Shown in pieces: positions 37,932 to 49,244 of a stretch of DNA of 64,000 bases. The notes below the pieces were generated by a model that had not been told where the DNA came from, ran no database searches, and saw nothing but the letters and a program-made list of their open reading frames with translations. Location: positions 23,564 to 87,563 of the forward strand of contig JAFXVT010000029.1 of NCBI GenBank assembly GCA_017534835.1, read 5' to 3'. The position numbers and the translations under genes are program-made. Numbering within the stretch: the first letter of the stretch is position 1; each line of letters opens with the position of its first letter. This DNA comes from Ruminococcus sp. Its GTDB lineage: Bacteria > Bacillota > Clostridia > Oscillospirales > Ruminococcaceae.

Positions 37932-38965
37932 ACTTGGAACTCTTGAGATCTGATTTTTATTATGACCTGCCTGAGGAGCTGATCGCTCAGACACCTATCG
38001 AGCCGCGGAATGCTTCGCGTATGATGTGCGTTGACCGCGAGACTGGCGCGATAACTCACGATCACTTCTATAATCTATGCGAGCACCTCCGTGAAGGTGA
38101 CCTGCTCGTTATGAATGATTCGCGCGTTATCCCTGCAAGACTGTACGGCGAAAAAATCGATAACGGCACTTTTATCGAATTTCTCCTGCTTGAACAGAAG
38201 GGCGACAAGCTCTGGGAGATAATCTGCCGTCCCGGAAAGAAAGCAAAGGTCGGAACTCGTTTCAGCTTCGGCGGAGGAAGACTTGTTGCCGAGGTCGTTG
38301 AGGTAAAGGACGATGGTGACCGCATCGTTCGGTTTGAATGTGAAGGCAATTTCTTCACGGCGCTCGAAGATGTCGGACAAATGCCGCTTCCGCCCTACAT
38401 AAAAGAAAAGCTTGAGAACAAGGAGCGCTATCAGACAGTCTATTCAAATGAGCTCGGCTCTGCTGCCGCCCCGACAGCCGGACTGCATTTCACAGAGGAA
38501 ATGCTCGATGATCTGCGAAGCCGCGGCATAAAGACTGCATTTGTCACTCTCCACGTAGGACTCGGTACATTCCGTCCGGTAAAAGAAGACAACGTCCTTG
38601 ACCATAAAATGCACAGTGAGCATTACTACCTCCCCAAAGAGACGGCTGACCTCATAAATGAGACAAAAGCCGGCGGAGGACGTGTTATCGCCGTAGGTAC
38701 AACGACCTGCCGTACACTCGAGAGCGTCGCAACATTCTATGGAGACATATCCGAACATGAAGGATATACCGACATTTTCATCTATCCTTCCTATGAATTC
38801 AAGTGTATCGACGGTCTTATAACCAATTTTCATCTTCCCGAAAGCACACTTATTATGCTCGTCTCCGCTTTTATGGGGTACGAAAACACAATGAATGCCT
38901 ACAAAACCGCAGTTCAGGAAAGGTACCGCTTTTTCAGCTTTGGCGATTCGATGTGCATTCTCTGA
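37928..38965 (+). CDS. queA: S-adenosylmethionine:tRNA ribosyltransferase-isomerase
   Basis: [51 protein letters not shown] start; the exact start codon (37928, 37934 or 37943) is uncertain. Confidence 0.93.
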   Translation: MNLELLRSDFYYDLPEELIAQTPIEPRNASRMMCVDRETGAITHDHFYNLCEHLREGDLLVMNDSRVIPARLYGEKIDNGTFIEFLLLEQKGDKLWEIICRPGKKAKVGTRFSFGGGRLVAEVVEVKDDGDRIVRFECEGNFFTALEDVGQMPLPPYIKEKLENKERYQTVYSNELGSAAAPTAGLHFTEEMLDDLRSRGIKTAFVTLHVGLGTFRPVKEDNVLDHKMHSEHYYLPKETADLINETKAGGGRVIAVGTTTCRTLESVATFYGDISEHEGYTDIFIYPSYEFKCIDGLITNFHLPESTLIMLVSAFMGYENTMNAYKTAVQERYRFFSFGDSMCIL

Positions 38966-39044
38966 CATATTTGATCTGATAAATTCTATAACCTCACCAT
39001 TTACATTTTTAGTATCGACATAATTCAGAAGGGATTGATCTCAA

Positions 39045-39419
39045 ATGGAACTTAACACTTTTTTCAGGAGCTATATCGAAACAGAAGAGGAACCCGTCGT
39101 GATCTGCGACCTCGACTACCGCATCATCTATATCAACAAGGCTTCGGCTGTAGCCAATGAACGCTTCGGAGGCTATGCTATCGTCGGAAAGTCGCTGAAT
39201 TCGCTTATGGATCTTGAAACTCAGAGCAAGATAAATATGGTCGTCGAATGGTTCAAGGAGGGCAGGGAAAACAACAGGGTATTCGCTCTGAGATACAGCT
39301 CTACCTCCACCGATACCTATATCTCTGCACTAAGAGACGAAAACGGCGAGCTCATAGGCTTCTGCAACAAACGCAGATGCCGTATCCCCGATGATTCAGA
39401 GCCGTACAGTATTATCTGA
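39045..39419 (+). CDS. Stand-alone PAS-like domain protein (124 aa)
   Basis: PVVICDLDYRIIYINKA...GKSL...ENGELIGF resembles a single PAS fold with no output domain. Confidence 0.5.
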   Translation: MELNTFFRSYIETEEEPVVICDLDYRIIYINKASAVANERFGGYAIVGKSLNSLMDLETQSKINMVVEWFKEGRENNRVFALRYSSTSTDTYISALRDENGELIGFCNKRRCRIPDDSEPYSII

Positions 39420-39516
39420 GATCGTTACATATGTAATTCAGGACGTGACCTTTTTCACCTTGAGAACTCCTTGTTTTGCTGATATAATATAGAAAAACAA
39501 ACAGGAGGTATCTCTT

Positions 39517-39975
39517 ATGAAAAACGCCAGATTCAGAATGAATTTTGATTTTGCTGTCAATGCTGTTGGTGCGGCTCTGCTTATCATTGTCGGTGTATTC
39601 GTTATAATCGGCTCAGGTATAGGTATGGCTGAGGTCACGTCGTGGTTCGCTGATCTCGGAAACGACGGCGAATATATGACAGTGCTCTCTATCTTTTTCT
39701 TACCCGTGATGCTGATAGCTTATATCGTTTTGTTCGCGTTATGCTTCATACTCGGATATGTCCCCACCATACTCGGACTTACGATAGGCGCTCTCACCAC
39801 TATTGCAAGATTCGTCCACACCAACAAGGGCACCGAGATAACCAAGCCCTACAGGGTAATGATGACCATAGCAAATATCATCACCTGCTCAACTTTTGTG
39901 ATCTACGCATTCGGAATAGTTACTTTCATTTTATCATTGATGTCAAACAGTTCCGTAAACATCCATATGAATTAA
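39517..39975 (+). CDS. Hypothetical membrane protein (4 TM helices)
   Basis: AGGAGG upstream. Hydrophobic 152-aa ORF. Promoter TTGAGA, 17-nt spacer, TATAAT at 39461-39489. Confidence 0.55.
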   Translation: MKNARFRMNFDFAVNAVGAALLIIVGVFVIIGSGIGMAEVTSWFADLGNDGEYMTVLSIFFLPVMLIAYIVLFALCFILGYVPTILGLTIGALTTIARFVHTNKGTEITKPYRVMMTIANIITCSTFVIYAFGIVTFILSLMSNSSVNIHMN

Positions 39976-41118
<1,143 letters not shown>

Positions 41119-41131
41119 AACAGGAGAATTT

Positions 41132-41773
41132 ATGATATTAGCAGTATTTGACCTTGACGGCACTATAGCCGATACGATAGAAGACCTCGGAGATGCGGTT
41201 AATTACGGTCTCCGCGTGCTTGGTTATCCGGAGCACGATTACGAAAAGTACAAGAAAATGGTCGGCAACGGAGCTCCGGTGCTGTGCTGGCGGGCTCTCC
41301 CGGATGGACACAAGGACGAAGCAGACAGGCTTCACGAGCTTTTCCGTGAATACTATACCGTCCATTATCTCGACAAGACACGCCTTTATGCCGGCATGGA
41401 CAAAGCTGTCAATACACTTTCGGAAGCAGGTGTGAAGGTCGCTGTTGCCACGAATAAGCCGCAGGATGTAGCACGCAGTCTCGTTGCGAAGCTTTTGCCT
41501 GATGTCGGATTTGAAGCTGTTCTCGGCGGATGCGCAGAACGTGCAAAAAAACCGGACAGGGCTATCATCGACGAGATACTCTCTGCCGTGAACGGTGTAA
41601 CGGAGATGTTTATGATAGGTGACAGCAATGTCGATATACAGACAGCTCAGAATGCGGGTATGCGTTCTATAGGCTGTGCATGGGGCTTCCGCGGAAGTGA
41701 GGAGCTTATCCTTGCAGGTGCGGATTACATTGCTGCTTCGCCCGGTGACATATGCAGATTTATCCTGAGGTGA
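41132..41773 (+). CDS. HAD-family phosphatase (phosphoglycolate phosphatase-like)
   Basis: DLDGTIADT motif I, ATNK motif II and MIGDSNVDIQTAQNAG motif III. Confidence 0.85.
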   Translation: MILAVFDLDGTIADTIEDLGDAVNYGLRVLGYPEHDYEKYKKMVGNGAPVLCWRALPDGHKDEADRLHELFREYYTVHYLDKTRLYAGMDKAVNTLSEAGVKVAVATNKPQDVARSLVAKLLPDVGFEAVLGGCAERAKKPDRAIIDEILSAVNGVTEMFMIGDSNVDIQTAQNAGMRSIGCAWGFRGSEELILAGADYIAASPGDICRFILR

Positions 41774-41777
41774 TAGT

Positions 41778-42440
41778 ATGAGATGCCTGACTGAAGAAGA
41801 GCTCGTCCGCAGCATCGTCGAGCAGACAGAGCGCTCCGCCGCTGTTATAGGACAGACAGACCTCAGCCGAAAAGAGTTCGACCCGACTCCTGTTATAGTA
41901 TCGAGCCTGTCTAATATTTTCGATTCCGCGCTTACCGTGCTCGCTCTCGAGGACGCTGCAAATGACCGCGATGAGTGCTACAGAAGTGCAGCTAAGCTCG
42001 TTATGAGCTCACCTGCCGTCAGCGCAGAGCAGAAGGGGTTCATCAGGAGCATCAACTCATTTCGCAGCGATATGTCCCTCGATTCTGAGAGCTCCGGCGT
42101 ATTCGACAGCAGACGCTGCCTCGATTTTCTCAATTCCTACGACTGCTTTATGTTCCAGTTTTTCAAGAAGAGCAGAACTGTTATCCGTATGCAGTCCGAC
42201 GGCACTCTCGGGAATGATTTCGTAAGCTTCAGAAATATCCTTGAAAAGCTGATAAAAAAGGAGCTGCTCAGCACAAAAACAGCGTCCGGCAGCCCGGAAA
42301 ACGAAGTCCTTCTCCGCAGAGCACTCGAGCTCATCGAAAAGCTCTCGGAGGATAATCTGACGCTGAACAAAAAAATAGACGAACTGAATGCAAAGCTTGA
42401 CTGGCTTATCACAGCCGGAAAGAGTGATATAAATGAATGA
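41778..42440 (+). CDS. Hypothetical protein (220 aa) with a C-terminal coiled-coil-like segment
   Basis: Clean ORF. Stop overlaps the next start (ATGAATGA). Confidence 0.55.
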   Translation: MRCLTEEELVRSIVEQTERSAAVIGQTDLSRKEFDPTPVIVSSLSNIFDSALTVLALEDAANDRDECYRSAAKLVMSSPAVSAEQKGFIRSINSFRSDMSLDSESSGVFDSRRCLDFLNSYDCFMFQFFKKSRTVIRMQSDGTLGNDFVSFRNILEKLIKKELLSTKTASGSPENEVLLRRALELIEKLSEDNLTLNKKIDELNAKLDWLITAGKSDINE

Positions 42441-43560
42441 AATGAACAACTCTGATGTTATCATCTATCCTCCTCAGGAGCTCGAAGCTATCGAGGAGCA
42501 TATAACTGAGAATTTCGGTGATTTTCCTAAGGTCTTCCGCGATAATTCACCGGATGGCATAAAGGTCGACATAGCCGTTATACCGCCCGACGAGGACAGA
42601 TACTTCCTCACGCTCGTAACAATGGGACTTGGCGCATACAGAATGAATGTGCCTGACGAGCTGAAAGAGCAGAAGCTTGAACGTGCCGAGCTTGTGCTGT
42701 GTCTGCCGGCGAGCTGGGAGTTTGACCCGGAAGATCACAGGACTATGTGGCCGGCAGAGCTCCTCAACCGTGTCGCTCACCTCCCCTTCCGTCATAAATC
42801 GTGGATAGGCTGGGGACATTCTGTCGACTACAGCAAGCCGCTCTGTGAGGATACCGAACTCAGCGCCGTTCTTCTGCTCGGTACTGCCTTTGGTGAAAAC
42901 TCGGCTGTCTGCCGCCTTCCGAGCGGCGAAGAGGTCAATTTCTATCAGATAATCCCGTTGTACGACATTGAGATGAAGTACAAGATAGATCACGGTACCG
43001 ACGCTCTGCTCGACAGATTCGGAAGAGACCTCGATCAGGTCGTTGACCTCGAGCGCAGACCTGTCGTTGACGCTTCTACATTTGAGCTCATCGACCGCGT
43101 TGAAGATCATTCGCGCAAGATAGAGGAAAAGCAGCTTGACCTCAACGAGCTTTGCGGCGCAAATCATATCGCGATGTTCCTGCGCTGGTGTATCGAGCAT
43201 GACCTTATCGACGAGGAAGTCACCGATTTCTTCTCTGAGGAGCTCGATGCTATCCGCTCCGGAGAGCTCGACATCCGCAAGTTCATCACGAATTCGCTCG
43301 GCGGCGAGCTGACAAAGGAGATACTCAACGAAAAAGGCAAGGCTTTTGCCTCTTTCTACTACGATTTCTACGCCGACGAAGATTCCCCGTGCTATCCCGA
43401 GGACGTCGATGCAGTCGCTCTCGATTATTTCGGGAAAGAGAAGTACGATTCGCCCGAATTTGCCGATGAAGCATATCTCTTCGTCCCCTACGGAGATGAA
43501 TACTATACGAGGATAAGCGCCTATATCAGTAAAAACTTCCGCATTTTCATCGGAAGATGA
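42433..43560 (+). CDS. Suppressor-of-fused (SUFU)-like domain protein with a C-terminal extension
   Basis: N-terminal region ...FLTLVTMGLGAYRM...ELVLCLPASW...WPAELLNRVAHLPF...GWGHSV matches the bacterial SUFU-like pattern. Confidence 0.6.
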   Translation: MNEMNNSDVIIYPPQELEAIEEHITENFGDFPKVFRDNSPDGIKVDIAVIPPDEDRYFLTLVTMGLGAYRMNVPDELKEQKLERAELVLCLPASWEFDPEDHRTMWPAELLNRVAHLPFRHKSWIGWGHSVDYSKPLCEDTELSAVLLLGTAFGENSAVCRLPSGEEVNFYQIIPLYDIEMKYKIDHGTDALLDRFGRDLDQVVDLERRPVVDASTFELIDRVEDHSRKIEEKQLDLNELCGANHIAMFLRWCIEHDLIDEEVTDFFSEELDAIRSGELDIRKFITNSLGGELTKEILNEKGKAFASFYYDFYADEDSPCYPEDVDAVALDYFGKEKYDSPEFADEAYLFVPYGDEYYTRISAYISKNFRIFIGR

Positions 43561-43568
43561 CGAAATAC

Positions 43569-43620
43569 AGCCGGTTTGTCAGATTATCTGTGCTCAGGTA
43601 TTGACAAACCGGCTCTTTTG
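43569..43620 (+). terminator. Rho-independent terminator
   Basis: AGCCGGTTTGTCA / TGACAAACCGGCT 13-bp stem followed by CTTTTG. Confidence 0.8.
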
Positions 43621-43629
43621 TAGTAAAAT
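43601..43629 (+). promoter_or_regulatory. Sigma-A-like promoter of secA, overlapping the upstream terminator arm
   Basis: TTGACA, 17-nt spacer, TAAAAT. Confidence 0.5.
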
Positions 43630-43693
43630 ATATTTATGTGTATATCTATATACAGTTTCATTGTAAATTTTTGTAAAGGCGGTAATCATTCTA

Positions 43694-46453
43694 ATGGGTC
43701 TTTTTAAAAGCATTTTCGGCGCTAACGCTTACTCCAACAGGGAGCTGAAGCGTATCGAGCCAATTAAGAATAAAGTCCTCAGTCTCGATGAGGAGTATCA
43801 GAAGCTCTCCGACGCTGAGCTCAAAGCAAAAACTCAGGAATTCAAGGACAGACTCGAGACCGGCGAGACTCTTGATGATATTCTCCCCGAGGCTCTCGCT
43901 ACAGTCCGTGAGGCTGCATGGCGTGTCCTCGAAAAGAAGCCCTACCCCGTTCAGATAATCGGTGCCATCGTTCTTCATCAGGGACGTATCGCCGAGATGA
44001 AGACCGGTGAAGGTAAAACTCTCGTTGCGTGCGTTGCTTCATACCTCAATGCACTCTCAGGCAAGGGCGTTCACGTTGTTACTGTAAACGATTACCTCGC
44101 TAAAACTCAGGCTGAGGAAATGGGCAAGGTGCTCCGCTGGCTCGGTCTTACTGTCGGCTGTATCCTCCACGGACTCAACAACGACGAAAGACGTGCCGCT
44201 TACAACTGCGATGTTACTTATGCTACGAACAACGAGCTCGGCTTCGATTACCTCCGTGACAATATGGTCACTCATAAGGAAGAGCGCGTTCAGCGCGAGC
44301 CTAATTTCGCTATCGTCGATGAGGTCGACTCTATCCTCATTGATGAGGCTCGTACTCCTCTTATCATTTCCGGCCGCGGCGACAAGTCGACCGAGCTCTA
44401 CGCTATCGCTGACCGCTTCGCCAAGATGCTCACTCCTACAACTGTAGTTGAGATGGACGATAAGGTAGACCAGGATACTGTCAGCGAAACTGCCGACTAT
44501 ATCATCGACGAAAAAGCTAAGACAGCTACTATCACTCAGCGCGGTGTAAAGAAGGCTGAGCAGGCTTTCCGTATAGACAACCTAATGGACCCGGAGAATA
44601 TGACTCTCCTCCACCACATAAATCAGGCTATTAAGGCTAACGGCGTAATGAAGAACGAGATAGACTACGTCGTTCAGGACGGCGAGATAATCATCGTTGA
44701 CGAATTCACAGGTCGTCTTATGCTCGGACGCCGCTTCAATGACGGTCTGCATCAGGCTATCGAGGCTAAGGAAGGCGTAAAGATAAAGAGCGAGTCCAAG
44801 ACCCTTGCTACTATCACCTTCCAGAACTTCTTCCGTCTCTACAACAAACTCTCCGGTATGACAGGTACAGCTATGACCGAAGAGGACGAGTTCAAGGAGA
44901 TATACAAGCTCGATGTTATCGCTATCCCCACTAACAAACCCGTTATCCGTATCGACCACAACGATCAGGTGTACAGCACCGAAAAGGGCAAGTATTCCGC
45001 TATCATCGACAAGATAATCGAGTGTCACGAGAAAGGTCAGCCTATCCTCGTAGGTACAGTTTCTATCGAGAAGTCTGAGCTTCTCTCCGCTATGCTCAAG
45101 AGAAAGGGCATAAAGCACGAGGTACTCAACGCCAAGCACCACGCTAAGGAAGCCGAGATAGTCGCTCAGGCTGGTAAGTACGGCGCTGTTACTATCGCTA
45201 CGAATATGGCTGGACGTGGTACTGATATCATGCTCGGCGGTAATGCTGAGTTCCTTGCAAGAGCTGCCCTGAGAAAGGACGGTATGGACGAAGACCTTAT
45301 CACCGCTGCTATCGGATTTGCCGATACAAACGATCAGATGGTCCTCGAAGCAAGAAAGAAATACCGCGAATACTACGATAAATACAACGCCGAGATAAAG
45401 GAAAAGGCTGTTGCTGTCAAGGAGGCAGGCGGTCTTTATATACTCGGTACCGAGCGCCACGAGTCAAGACGTATCGACAATCAGCTTCGCGGACGTTCCG
45501 GACGTCAGGGCGACGAGGGCGAAAGCTGCTTCTTCCTCTCGGTAGAAGACGACCTTATGCGTATCTTCGCCGGCGATCGCCTCGAGAGAATGATGAGTAT
45601 GCTCAAGGTCGATGAAACAATGCCTATCGAGAGCAAGTCGCTCACAAAGATAATCGAGTCCTCACAGAAGAAGGTCGAGGGCAGGAACTTCAGCATCAGA
45701 AAGAACGTGCTCAACTACGATGATGTTATGAACACTCAGCGTGAGATCATCTACAAGCAGCGTTCACAGGTGCTTGACGGTGAGGATCTCCACAAGGATA
45801 TACTCAAAATGATGGAGGATCTCATCTCCTCTACTGTAAATACATACCTCATCGACGATGACAACCACGAGGACTGGAATATCGTTGGTCTCAAGGAATA
45901 CTTCCTCGGCTGGCTCATCGACAACGAGGACCTCACGTTCACCGAGGAAGAGCTCAAGTCCGTTACAAAGGAGCAGATAACAAACGCTCTCAACGAGAAG
46001 TGCGGCGAGATCTATCAGGCTAAGGAAGAGGAATACGGCGGAGAGATCCTCCGTGAGCTCGAGCGCGTTATCCTCCTCAAGACTGTTGATACAAAGTGGA
46101 TGGCTCACATCGACGATATGGAAGAGCTCAAGAAGGGTATCGGTCTGCGTTCGTTCGGTCAGAAGAACCCTGTTATCGAGTACAGATACGAAGGCTTTGA
46201 GATGTTCGATGCGATGGTAGAGTCTATCCGTGAGGATACTGTACGTGCCCTTCTCACAGTTAAGCTTCAGAAGAACGAAGCTCCTGAGCGTGAGCAGGTC
46301 GCTAAGCCTGATGCTCCGAATGCAGGCTCGGGCGACGGCAGCTTCGAGGACGAGCCTATCCGCGTAAAGAAGATAGGCGACAACGATCCCTGTCCTTGCG
46401 GAAGCGGCAAGAAGTACAAGAAGTGCTGCAAGCTCAAGGAAGAGAATAAGTAA
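43694..46453 (+). CDS. secA: Preprotein translocase ATPase SecA
   Basis: [39 protein letters not shown] and the C-terminal Zn finger [13 protein letters not shown]. Confidence 0.98.
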   Translation: MGLFKSIFGANAYSNRELKRIEPIKNKVLSLDEEYQKLSDAELKAKTQEFKDRLETGETLDDILPEALATVREAAWRVLEKKPYPVQIIGAIVLHQGRIAEMKTGEGKTLVACVASYLNALSGKGVHVVTVNDYLAKTQAEEMGKVLRWLGLTVGCILHGLNNDERRAAYNCDVTYATNNELGFDYLRDNMVTHKEERVQREPNFAIVDEVDSILIDEARTPLIISGRGDKSTELYAIADRFAKMLTPTTVVEMDDKVDQDTVSETADYIIDEKAKTATITQRGVKKAEQAFRIDNLMDPENMTLLHHINQAIKANGVMKNEIDYVVQDGEIIIVDEFTGRLMLGRRFNDGLHQAIEAKEGVKIKSESKTLATITFQNFFRLYNKLSGMTGTAMTEEDEFKEIYKLDVIAIPTNKPVIRIDHNDQVYSTEKGKYSAIIDKIIECHEKGQPILVGTVSIEKSELLSAMLKRKGIKHEVLNAKHHAKEAEIVAQAGKYGAVTIATNMAGRGTDIMLGGNAEFLARAALRKDGMDEDLITAAIGFADTNDQMVLEARKKYREYYDKYNAEIKEKAVAVKEAGGLYILGTERHESRRIDNQLRGRSGRQGDEGESCFFLSVEDDLMRIFAGDRLERMMSMLKVDETMPIESKSLTKIIESSQKKVEGRNFSIRKNVLNYDDVMNTQREIIYKQRSQVLDGEDLHKDILKMMEDLISSTVNTYLIDDDNHEDWNIVGLKEYFLGWLIDNEDLTFTEEELKSVTKEQITNALNEKCGEIYQAKEEEYGGEILRELERVILLKTVDTKWMAHIDDMEELKKGIGLRSFGQKNPVIEYRYEGFEMFDAMVESIREDTVRALLTVKLQKNEAPEREQVAKPDAPNAGSGDGSFEDEPIRVKKIGDNDPCPCGSGKKYKKCCKLKEENK

Positions 46454-46466
46454 TCAATAATTATCC

Positions 46467-46572
46467 GGGCGGCTGTCAGAGTGCTCCCCTTAACGATATT
46501 TACTGGTCAATAGCCGGATTTCAGGCTTGCGTAGACCTGCGAAATTGGCTGAAGGGACACCTTCGGTCGCCC
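46467..46572 (+). other. About 106-nt imperfect extended hairpin downstream of secA (candidate structured RNA element)
   Basis: Nested pairings read by eye: GGGCGGC/GTCGCCC, GTG(C)TCCC(C)TT/AAGGGACAC, AGCCGG(A)TTTC/GAAATTGGCT and AGG/CCT. There is no T-tract. Confidence 0.35.
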
Positions 46573-46611
46573 ATTTAGCGTAAAACCAGGCAATGTGCAT
46601 ATTTCTATGAG

Positions 46612-47577
46612 GTGATGAAATTGAGAAAATCGGCTCTTATTGCTGTGTTTTGTCTCGGACTTCTTACCGGCTGCGGTAAAATGGATCCTGTCGAAAACAG
46701 TCAGGAAACTGTTACAACTGTAAACTCAGAGGCTGAGACCAATAATTCTTCAACTGCAAAAGCAGCTGACCCGACAACAGTAGAAAGAGTTACGGAGACA
46801 TCGACCGAAACGACAGAAAATACAGATGTTTCGGAAAAAACTACGACTGCGACTACGAACGGCGGATCGCTTGTGCGCCGTACAACTGCTGCTGTTCCTA
46901 AGCAGACAGGCAATGCACCTGTTCAGAACAGCACAAAGAGAACAGGTAATGCTCCTGTGCAGTCTGCCTCAACAACAACGACAACAACTATAGTCGAGAT
47001 ACAGACCGATCCCTATGTTTTCAGCAGCGACGAGATTTACTGCAAGGTCACAAAGGACGGTATTGACGTTACTATCGACGGAGAAGAGACCCAGACAATT
47101 GAAATTGACACAGAAGAGCTCATAAACTTTATCGAAAACGAGACGCCTGACAAAAAAGGACAGATCGTTATAGACGACATAGACCTCGACGGTCATCCCG
47201 ACCTCTTCATCCCTCAGCAGATCGCACACCTCAACACGTTCGGCGTATACTATCACTATGATGCTGAGCAGCGTAAATTCGTGTTATGGGAAGAGTTTGA
47301 AGAGATAGACTCCTGTGCTGAGGTCGACAAGGAAGAGAAGACCTTCACTACCGACGTAAAGCTCAGCGAAGACGAATACGAGATAAGGATATTCGGCTGG
47401 GAGGACAGCAAGCCTGTTCTGCGTTCTATGACAAAGCAGTACAGAAACACGGAAAATGACCTCATCATAGACACGTTCGACTACACAAGCGGTGAGGAAG
47501 AGCTTATCAAGCGTGAACGTGTACTGTTCGACAGCGACGGCGAAATTGCCGGTGCAGAAGTATTAGAGCTTGAGTGA
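46612..47577 (+). CDS. Lipoprotein with a Thr-rich linker and a DxDxDG-containing C-terminal domain; start ambiguous (46612/46615/46621)
   Basis: Lipobox LGLLTGC. Paralogous to the 49245-49922 product. Confidence 0.7.
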   Translation: MMKLRKSALIAVFCLGLLTGCGKMDPVENSQETVTTVNSEAETNNSSTAKAADPTTVERVTETSTETTENTDVSEKTTTATTNGGSLVRRTTAAVPKQTGNAPVQNSTKRTGNAPVQSASTTTTTTIVEIQTDPYVFSSDEIYCKVTKDGIDVTIDGEETQTIEIDTEELINFIENETPDKKGQIVIDDIDLDGHPDLFIPQQIAHLNTFGVYYHYDAEQRKFVLWEEFEEIDSCAEVDKEEKTFTTDVKLSEDEYEIRIFGWEDSKPVLRSMTKQYRNTENDLIIDTFDYTSGEEELIKRERVLFDSDGEIAGAEVLELE

Positions 47578-48344
47578 TGGCAGGATACAGTGTTTTTGCG
47601 CGGTATTACGATCAGCTCACTGCAAACATAGACTACCGCAGGCGTGCAGCCTATTTCAACGATATAATAAAGCGATACCGCCCGGCTGAAGGCGGTATCC
47701 TTCTTGACCTCGCCTGTGGGACAGGCAGCATTTCTGAAGAAATGTCACGGCTCGGCTACGATGTTATCGGTGTGGACAATTCTGACGAAATGCTCGGCAT
47801 CGCGCTCAATAAGAAATTCGACAGCGGTCTGAATATCCAGTACCTCTGTCAGGATATGCGCAGACTTGATATGTTCGGCACTATCGACATCACGATATGC
47901 GCACTCGACAGTATAAATCACCTCCCCGACCTTCTTTCCGTCAGGGAGGTGTTCAGTAAGGTCGCTTTCTTTTCCGAAAGAGGCGGTCTGTTCATTTTTG
48001 ACGTGAACACTCTTTATAAGCACAGGAATATCCTCGCAAGTAACACGTTTACCTACGAAACGGAGAATGTGTACTGTATATGGGAGAATTCGCTTGTGCC
48101 CGAAACTGACGAGGTGAAAATGCACCTCGAATTCTTTGAGCTTGAAGAAAACGGACTGTATTCGCGCAGCTCAGACTCATTCTCGGAAAAAGCTTACAGC
48201 GAAGATCAGCTTGAAGCTCTTCTGAATGAGACCGGATTCGAGCTTATCGCCAAATACGGGGACGATTCCTTCGAGCCCCCTGCCCCCGATACTCAGCGGA
48301 TAGTTTATGTTGCCCGCTGTATCCGGAACGGACAGACTATATGA
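47577..48344 (+). CDS. Class I SAM-dependent methyltransferase
   Basis: LLDLACGTG motif I and VIGVDNSDEM motif II. TGATG overlap with the upstream gene. Confidence 0.85.
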   Translation: MAGYSVFARYYDQLTANIDYRRRAAYFNDIIKRYRPAEGGILLDLACGTGSISEEMSRLGYDVIGVDNSDEMLGIALNKKFDSGLNIQYLCQDMRRLDMFGTIDITICALDSINHLPDLLSVREVFSKVAFFSERGGLFIFDVNTLYKHRNILASNTFTYETENVYCIWENSLVPETDEVKMHLEFFELEENGLYSRSSDSFSEKAYSEDQLEALLNETGFELIAKYGDDSFEPPAPDTQRIVYVARCIRNGQTI

Positions 48345-48359
48345 AAGGACATCACATTT

Positions 48360-49244
48360 ATGGGTGAACTATACAGAGCAATCTCCGCCGACGGTTCGGC
48401 TTTTGCAGCTGTCCTTGACGCTAAGGACATAGTTTCGGAAATAGAAAAGCTCCACAAGACCTCTGCTGTCGTTACAGCCGGTCTCGGAAGACTTACGATA
48501 GCGGCATCGTTAATGGGCTATATGCTCAAGGGCGAGGAGGATTCGCTTACACTGCGCCTTGACGGAGGCGGTCCGGCTGGTCAGCTCGTTGCTGTTGCGG
48601 ACAGCCGCGGAAATGTCAAGAGCTACGTTACAAATCCGGTCGTCGAGATCCCTCTCAACAGCAAGGGCAAGCTCGATGTTTCGGGTGCTGTGGGAAAGGA
48701 CGGAACTCTTTCGGTAGTCAAGGACCTCGGTCTGCGTGAGCCGTATGTAGGTGTGATACCGCTCGTTTCCGGCGAGATAGCCGAGGACGTTGCCGATTAT
48801 TACGCTGTAAGTGAGCAGATACCGACTGTGTGTGCGCTCGGTGTACTGGTGAATCCTGACCTCTCAGTAAAGTCGGCAGGCGGATTCCTCGTACAGCTTC
48901 TCCCCTTCGCGGACGAAAAATGTATTGATATTATCGAGAAAAACGTTTCTTCTATGCGTCCTGTTTCCGCTCTTCTCGATGAAGGCGTTACGCCGAAGGA
49001 GATAGCCGATATGCTGCTGAATGGTCTTGAACCGAATGAGCTCGATACTGCATCACCTGTCTACAAGTGCGATTGCAGCCGCGAACGTACGGAAAAAGTC
49101 CTTATCAGCATTGGACAGAAGGAACTGCGGGCTATTGCCGATGAAGGCAAGGATACCGAAGTAAAATGTCATTTCTGCGGAAAGAATTATGTGTTCACTC
49201 CGCAGGAGATCGCACGTCTCGCGGAAGGAGCGTCAGAGGAGTAA
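48360..49244 (+). CDS. hslO: Redox-regulated chaperone Hsp33
   Basis: C-terminal CDCS...CHFCG zinc centre, plus GRLTIAASLMG. Confidence 0.9.
   Translation: MGELYRAISADGSAFAAVLDAKDIVSEIEKLHKTSAVVTAGLGRLTIAASLMGYMLKGEEDSLTLRLDGGGPAGQLVAVADSRGNVKSYVTNPVVEIPLNSKGKLDVSGAVGKDGTLSVVKDLGLREPYVGVIPLVSGEIAEDVADYYAVSEQIPTVCALGVLVNPDLSVKSAGGFLVQLLPFADEKCIDIIEKNVSSMRPVSALLDEGVTPKEIADMLLNGLEPNELDTASPVYKCDCSRERTEKVLISIGQKELRAIADEGKDTEVKCHFCGKNYVFTPQEIARLAEGASEE

Noticed and set aside
46467-46572. Known riboswitch or SRP/6S/tmRNA identity for the secA-downstream hairpin
   Set aside because: I could not match it to c-di-GMP, ZTP or preQ1 riboswitches, or to the SRP domain IV conserved sequences. It is reported only as an unclassified structure.
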